Below the pieces are notes generated by a model that saw only the letters and a program-made list of their open reading frames with translations, was not told the DNA's origin and did not search any database. From NCBI GenBank assembly GCA_036274595.1, contig DASUFL010000021.1, forward strand, positions 8,521 to 72,520: a DNA stretch of 64,000 nucleotides, read 5' to 3'. This DNA comes from Candidatus Eiseniibacteriota bacterium (GTDB lineage: Bacteria; Eisenbacteria; RBG-16-71-46; SZUA-252). Shown in pieces: positions 59,472-64,000 of the stretch (within the stretch, counting starts at the first letter, position 1; each line of letters starts with the position of its first letter). A program made the translations under genes and the position numbers.

Positions 59472-60209
59472 CTAGAAGTGGAAATCCATCGGGACTTCCA
59501 CCCACACCGCGATCGGCTTGTTGTTGCTCAGCGCGGGCTTGAACACCCACTTCTTGACCGCATCGACCGCCGCGGCGTCGAGACCGGTGACGCCCTTGAT
59601 GACCTTCACGTTCTTCACGCGCCCGTCCTTGCCGACGAGGACGTGGAGCGTGACCTTGCCGGTGATGCCCGCGTCGCGTGCGAATTCCGGATACGCCGGA
59701 GGCGGCGCCGTGACCGGCACCGGCTCGTCTTCGTAGTAGACGAACTCCCCTTCGCTCGGAAGATCGTCGCTCGCCGCGATGACCAGGGAGTCCCTCCCGG
59801 ACCCGCTGCCCATGCCCACGGGGGCCAGGCTCGCCGCGATTTCCTGCTGGGTCATGATGGTCTGCTCGGGCGCCATGGCGTCCGGAACCGGGACCGGCGT
59901 ACCGATCGTCGGCTTCACGATCTCGGTGTTGACCGGGATCACGGGCGGCGGCGGCGCCGACGAGAGTGGCGGCGGCGGCGGCAGCGTCTGCATCTTGATG
60001 ACGCGCCCCGTGTACGCCGCTTCGTCGGGCGGATGGTAGAGCTGCGATCCGAGATAGATTCCGATCAGGCCGAGATGGATGGCCGCCGAGACGATGAGCG
60101 CCTTGCGGAGGAACCTCTGCGAGTTCGCCTTGAGATCGGCGGCTCCAATCGGAACGCGATCGAGCGTACTCGTCAGATCGGGAGTGGTGGCGGTGGCCAT
60201 GGCGCTCAC
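59472..60209 (-). CDS. tonB: Energy transducer TonB
   Basis: TM ALIVSAAIHLGLIG, poly-Pro linker, TonB_C YPEFARDAGITGKV...WVFKPA. Confidence 0.93.
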   Translation of the reverse strand: MSAMATATTPDLTSTLDRVPIGAADLKANSQRFLRKALIVSAAIHLGLIGIYLGSQLYHPPDEAAYTGRVIKMQTLPPPPPLSSAPPPPVIPVNTEIVKPTIGTPVPVPDAMAPEQTIMTQQEIAASLAPVGMGSGSGRDSLVIAASDDLPSEGEFVYYEDEPVPVTAPPPAYPEFARDAGITGKVTLHVLVGKDGRVKNVKVIKGVTGLDAAAVDAVKKWVFKPALSNNKPIAVWVEVPMDFHF

Positions 60210-60721
60210 AGCGTCTCCACCTCCTTCTTCTCCTCCGGCGTGAGCGGCGCGAGCGAGAACCGGTTCAGCTCGGCGAACTGCAGCTGATCGATGATGTTCA
60301 CCATGTACTTGTACTTCGCCAGCCGGTCGATCTTCACGAGCACGACCAGCTTCGGATTCTTCTTACCTTCCGCCGCGAAGATCGATTCGAGCTTGTCGAA
60401 CTTCGACTCTTGATACGGCGTCTTGCCCAGCGCCCAGAACGTCCGCACGCCGAGGCTCGTATCCGCCGGCGCGACGACCCGCAGCGTGAGCACGTTCGAC
60501 TCGGCGATCTCCACCTTCGCGTTCGGATCCGGCGGAAGATTGATCTCGAGCGCCTGCGGCTTCCGGAACACCGTCGTACACATGAAGAAAATGAGGAGCA
60601 GGAACGCGACGTCCACCATCGGCGTCATGTCGATCTTCACGCCGATGCGCTTGGGGGCGCGCTTCCGCATCCCTCCCTTTTTCTTTTTTACACCAGCTTC
60701 TGGGGTGTCTACCGCACCCAT
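60206..60721 (-). CDS. exbD: ExbD/TolR biopolymer transporter (2)
   Basis: IDMTPMVDVAFLLLIFFM with the essential TM Asp; Lys-rich N-terminus. Confidence 0.93.
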   Translation of the reverse strand: MGAVDTPEAGVKKKKGGMRKRAPKRIGVKIDMTPMVDVAFLLLIFFMCTTVFRKPQALEINLPPDPNAKVEIAESNVLTLRVVAPADTSLGVRTFWALGKTPYQESKFDKLESIFAAEGKKNPKLVVLVKIDRLAKYKYMVNIIDQLQFAELNRFSLAPLTPEEKKEVETL

Positions 60722-60749
60722 GTCACTCGACTCCTTTGAGGACGCGCCA

Positions 60750-61190
60750 TCAGCGCATTGCGGACTTCTTGCTGGCCACCAGCTCGGTGACGAGGCTGAA
60801 CGTGATCGTGTTGGTCTTCTGCATCACCGCCATGACGTCTTCCATCATGCCGTACTGGGACTCCTTGTCGGCCTTGATGGCGACGCGCAGCCGGGGATTC
60901 CTGCGCCGCTGCTCGAGCACGAGCGTCTCGAGATTCGGAAGGTCCGTCTCCTCCTGGGGGTTCTTCCCCACCTGCCAGAAGAGGCGGCTGTCCTTCGAGA
61001 TCCCGAGGATGAGGACGTCCGACTCCGGAACCTTGAGGTTGGAGTGGCTGTCCGGCAGCAGGATCGGCACCTTCTGCGGCGGGTCGAACTGCGACGTGGA
61101 CATGAAGAAGATCAGGAGCAGGAAGGCCACGTCGACCATGGGCGTCATGTCGATCTTGACGCCAACCCGCTTCATCTTTTTTGCGGACAT
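60750..61190 (-). CDS. exbD: ExbD/TolR biopolymer transporter (1)
   Basis: IDMTPMVDVAFLLLIFFM; VAIKADKESQYG. Confidence 0.93.
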   Translation of the reverse strand: MSAKKMKRVGVKIDMTPMVDVAFLLLIFFMSTSQFDPPQKVPILLPDSHSNLKVPESDVLILGISKDSRLFWQVGKNPQEETDLPNLETLVLEQRRRNPRLRVAIKADKESQYGMMEDVMAVMQKTNTITFSLVTELVASKKSAMR

Positions 61191-61191
61191 G

Positions 61192-61914
61192 TTACTTCGT
61201 CGCTTCCTTCAGAGAGATGACCTCGACGACCTCGAGGGTCGCCTCGTCCATCATGTAGTTGAAGTTGTCGATCATCGTCACGAACACGTTGTAGAGCACG
61301 ATCGAGAAGATGGCCACGAAGAGGCCGCCGGCGGTGTTGATGAGCGCCTCGGAGATACCGACGGCGAGCTTCACGGCGTCCACCGAGCCCGTGTGCCCGA
61401 GCGCCGCGAACGACCGGATCATTCCGATCACCGTCCCGAGGAGACCGACCATCGTCGCGATCGAAGCGATCGTCGCGAGGGCGATCAGGTTCCGCTCGAG
61501 GAGCGGCACCTCGAGCATGTTCGCCTCTTCCATCGCCTTCTGCACTTCATCGACCTTGCTCTTGCGATCGATCTGCGCGGTGCGGACGACCTGGTAGCGG
61601 TCGAGCCCGGCGCGGAGCACGTTCGCGAGCGAGCCGCGCTGCTTGGAGCAGAGATCCGCGGCGCCCTCGATGTCGTTCGCATCGATCTTCTTCCGGACGG
61701 CGCGCATGAACGCGGGGATCGAATCCTTGCCGCGAGCGCGGGAGATGGTGAAGAGGCGCTCGAAGACCAGCGTCACCGACATGATCGAGAGCATGATGAG
61801 GAGCGCCACCAGCGGACCGCCCGACTTGATGTACTCGGGCAGGAACATGTAGACGACGATGGCGATGGTGAGGGCCGCGACGGCCACAATGGTGATGAAC
61901 AAACCTTGTCTCAC
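61192..61914 (-). CDS. exbB: MotA/TolQ/ExbB proton channel
   Basis: IASIATMVGLLGTVIGMI and GISEALINTAGGL; AGGAGG SD before GTG. Confidence 0.93.
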   Translation of the reverse strand: MRQGLFITIVAVAALTIAIVVYMFLPEYIKSGGPLVALLIMLSIMSVTLVFERLFTISRARGKDSIPAFMRAVRKKIDANDIEGAADLCSKQRGSLANVLRAGLDRYQVVRTAQIDRKSKVDEVQKAMEEANMLEVPLLERNLIALATIASIATMVGLLGTVIGMIRSFAALGHTGSVDAVKLAVGISEALINTAGGLFVAIFSIVLYNVFVTMIDNFNYMMDEATLEVVEVISLKEATK

Positions 61915-62019
61915 TGCGACTTCCTCCTGGTTCGAACCGTGCGTTCCGCTCGTTCGAGCGATGCGATGGGGTGACCCTCTCCGGTCCGGCCCCGGAGCGT
62001 GGATCGTGGTTGGCCGCCT

Positions 62020-62048
62020 AGCATACGCCAGGGGCCCGGGACCGGCAA
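62020..62048 (-). promoter_or_regulatory. sigma70 promoter for exbB-exbD-exbD-tonB
   Basis: TTGCCG, N17, TATGCT. Confidence 0.7.
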
Positions 62049-62054
62049 CTCCTG

Positions 62055-62396
62055 TTACTTGAAGCTGGCCAGCGCTTGAGCCTCCGTGTCGTAGACGTCG
62101 AACACCAACGACAGCTTGGTGACCACGAAGATGTTCTGGATCTTCTTGTCCACCGCGCAGAGCTTCATCTGCGCGTCCCGCTTGGCGTAGCTCGAGTGCC
62201 CCGCGATCAGAACGCCCAGGGACACCGAGTTCAGGAACGTGGTCTGGCCGAGATTCACGAGGAGCTTCCGGTTCCCCGCCTCGCCCAGCTCCTTGATCTT
62301 GCTCTGCAGCTCGTCCGTCTCCTTCCCACCCAGGAGCATCCCCTTCGGCGTGAGAATCGTCACGTCACTCGAGGTACGGACATCCAAACTCATCAT
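62055..62396 (-). CDS. STAS-domain anti-sigma factor antagonist (SpoIIAA/RsbV-like)
   Basis: LLVNLGQTTFLNSVSLGVL (phosphorylatable Ser retained), KIQNIFVVTKL..VF. The start may be the second ATG at 62393. Confidence 0.9.
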   Translation of the reverse strand: MMSLDVRTSSDVTILTPKGMLLGGKETDELQSKIKELGEAGNRKLLVNLGQTTFLNSVSLGVLIAGHSSYAKRDAQMKLCAVDKKIQNIFVVTKLSLVFDVYDTEAQALASFK

Positions 62397-62430
62397 GCCT
62401 CCCCAATTGCGCGGCGGACGCCGCCTCTGA

Positions 62431-64000
62431 CTACGGCTTCTTCGGAGCGGATCCGGCCGCCTTGGCCGCCGCTTTGCGCTCTTCGTACTGTCGGATGAGC
62501 TCGAGTCCCCGCGACGCCTCGCGGTTGTTCGGATCGATCTCGATGGCCTTGTTGTACTCGATCTTCGCCGCCGGGAGATTGCTGCACTTCACGTTCGCCT
62601 GCGCGAGCCAGATGTGGCCCTGCACGTGCTGGTCGTCGACGTCGGTCGCCTTCTTCAGATAGTCCATCGCGTCCGTGCACTGGTCCATGAGAAGGAGCGC
62701 GAGTCCCGCGCCGCGAAGCGCGTCCGCGTTCTTGGGATCGAGCGTCGCCGCCTCGCGGAAGGTCTGGAGCGCGACCGGGAGCGAATCGGGCTCCATCTGG
62801 AGCATCGTCTGCCCGATCCACACCATGGTCCGCGACTCCGGCTTCACCGCGAGCGCCCGGCGCAGGTAGTAGATCGCCTCCGGCCGCTGCTGGAGCTGGA
62901 GCTTGGCGAGTCCGATGTTGAGGAGCGCGGGAAGGAAGACCGAGTCCGCAGCGAGGGCCTTCTCGAAGTACGGGACGGACGACGCGAAGTCCTGCTTCGC
63001 GAAGAAGAGATAGCCGAGATTGAAGTACGCGTTCATCCGGTAGGTCGAGTCCTGCGAAGCCGCCCTGTTCAGGTGCAGCACGGCGTTGGCGGAGTCGCCC
63101 ATCTGCGCGTACAGGGAGCCGATCCGGTTCTCCTCTTCCGCCGATAGCGAATCGGCCGCGTTCGCGTAGCGGTCGCAGTAGTAGATCGCGCTGTCGCGGC
63201 CTGCGTCTCCCTGCTCCGAGTAGAGCTTGCAGAGCGAGCCGAGGACCGAGGGGACGTCGGGCTTCATCGCGTTCGCCGTCGACAGCGCGCCCACGGCGCC
63301 GATCTTGTCGTTCGCATCGCGCGAGTTGGCCAGCGCCTGGCCGAGCTCCAGGTAGCCCTCGTAGTCGTCGGGCTTGAGGCCCGTGTACACCTGGAACTGG
63401 TCCGCCGCGTCCTTGTAGCGCTTGCCGCGGTAGTAGAGGCGCCCCGCCTCGAGGTAGGCGGGCGCGTAGGTCGAGTCCTGCTGGGTCGCGTCGATGAACG
63501 CCTTGAGCCCGGAGTTGAACTCGTTCATCCCGACCAGCGACATTCCATAGCGGTAGTGGGTCTCGGGATTCTTGGGATCCAGCTGGATCGCCTGGGCGTA
63601 TTCCGGAGCCGCGAGGACGGGGATCTTCTTCCGGTCGTAGAACCCGCCGAAGTCGAGGCGAACGCGCAGATTGTTCGGATCCGTCTCGCGCGCGCGGATG
63701 AAGAGCTCCTCCGCCTGCTTCAGCTCCCCCTTGCCCTCGAGCGCGAGAGCGGTGCCCGCGAGGAAGAGGGCGCGCCCCTGCTTGAGGAGCGTCCCCTTCC
63801 GCATGACGCGCTCGGCATCGTCGAACTTCTTGTCCTCGAGATACGACGTTCCGAGCGCGTAGAGCGCCGGGGCGTCCTTGGGGTCCTGCTTCACCGCCGC
63901 CTCGAGCTTCGCCGTGCCTTCGTCCTTCTTCCCCTGCTTGCGCAGGAGCTTTCCATAGCCGGTCAGCGCTTCGACGTACTTCGGGTTGATCCGGAGCGCG
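62431..64000 (-). CDS. Large tetratricopeptide-repeat protein (5'-partial, open to the window edge)
   Basis: More than 10 TPR-like repeats (e.g. YAQAIQLDPKNPETHYRYG). The frame stays open from 63894 to 64000 (ALRINPKYVEALTGYG...). Confidence 0.9.
   Translation of the reverse strand, partial: ALRINPKYVEALTGYGKLLRKQGKKDEGTAKLEAAVKQDPKDAPALYALGTSYLEDKKFDDAERVMRKGTLLKQGRALFLAGTALALEGKGELKQAEELFIRARETDPNNLRVRLDFGGFYDRKKIPVLAAPEYAQAIQLDPKNPETHYRYGMSLVGMNEFNSGLKAFIDATQQDSTYAPAYLEAGRLYYRGKRYKDAADQFQVYTGLKPDDYEGYLELGQALANSRDANDKIGAVGALSTANAMKPDVPSVLGSLCKLYSEQGDAGRDSAIYYCDRYANAADSLSAEEENRIGSLYAQMGDSANAVLHLNRAASQDSTYRMNAYFNLGYLFFAKQDFASSVPYFEKALAADSVFLPALLNIGLAKLQLQQRPEAIYYLRRALAVKPESRTMVWIGQTMLQMEPDSLPVALQTFREAATLDPKNADALRGAGLALLLMDQCTDAMDYLKKATDVDDQHVQGHIWLAQANVKCSNLPAAKIEYNKAIEIDPNNREASRGLELIRQYEERKAAAKAAGSAPKKP

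Overview
This is a high-GC (about 70% by eye, not computed) chromosomal segment of a diderm bacterium. Nearly all genes are on the minus strand, and most long ORFs in the supplied track are antisense or off-frame shadows. An FCB-type SecA insertion, a PorV-like barrel, a FlgD/T9SS-like C-terminal domain, bS22 and an exbB-exbD-exbD-tonB layout point to the FCB superphylum, possibly an Eisenbacteria/Latescibacterota-like lineage (inference). Housekeeping content: xerC (partial), topA, smg, secA, purine genes, guaA, comEC, two lytic transglycosylases, a glgD-like/glgC pair, rnr, HU/IHF, sppA, gpmI, glycine cleavage genes, uvrA, a Yip1-TolC-MFP-ABC exporter and a Ton motor. I found no rRNA, tRNA, CRISPR array or mobile element. 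The strongest candidate for an undescribed system is an uncharacterised 8-gene module at 36921-44077. It comprises an orphan GlmL-like ASKHA ATPase, a barrel-sandwich/KOW partner protein, four membrane proteins including DUF6754, and two small proteins, and it is translationally coupled between gcvTH-PA-PB and a LipM-like octanoyltransferase. Other items absent from or not resolved in the ORF track: an in-frame PurN-PurC fusion with an internal ribosome-binding site, an enlarged 6S RNA, a 31-aa bS22 gene, a catalytically dead PP2C-TM-PEGA protein upstream of comEC, a 4-Cys insert in SecA, leaderless promoters, and two probable CTG starts. All family assignments come from motif recognition; no database search was run.
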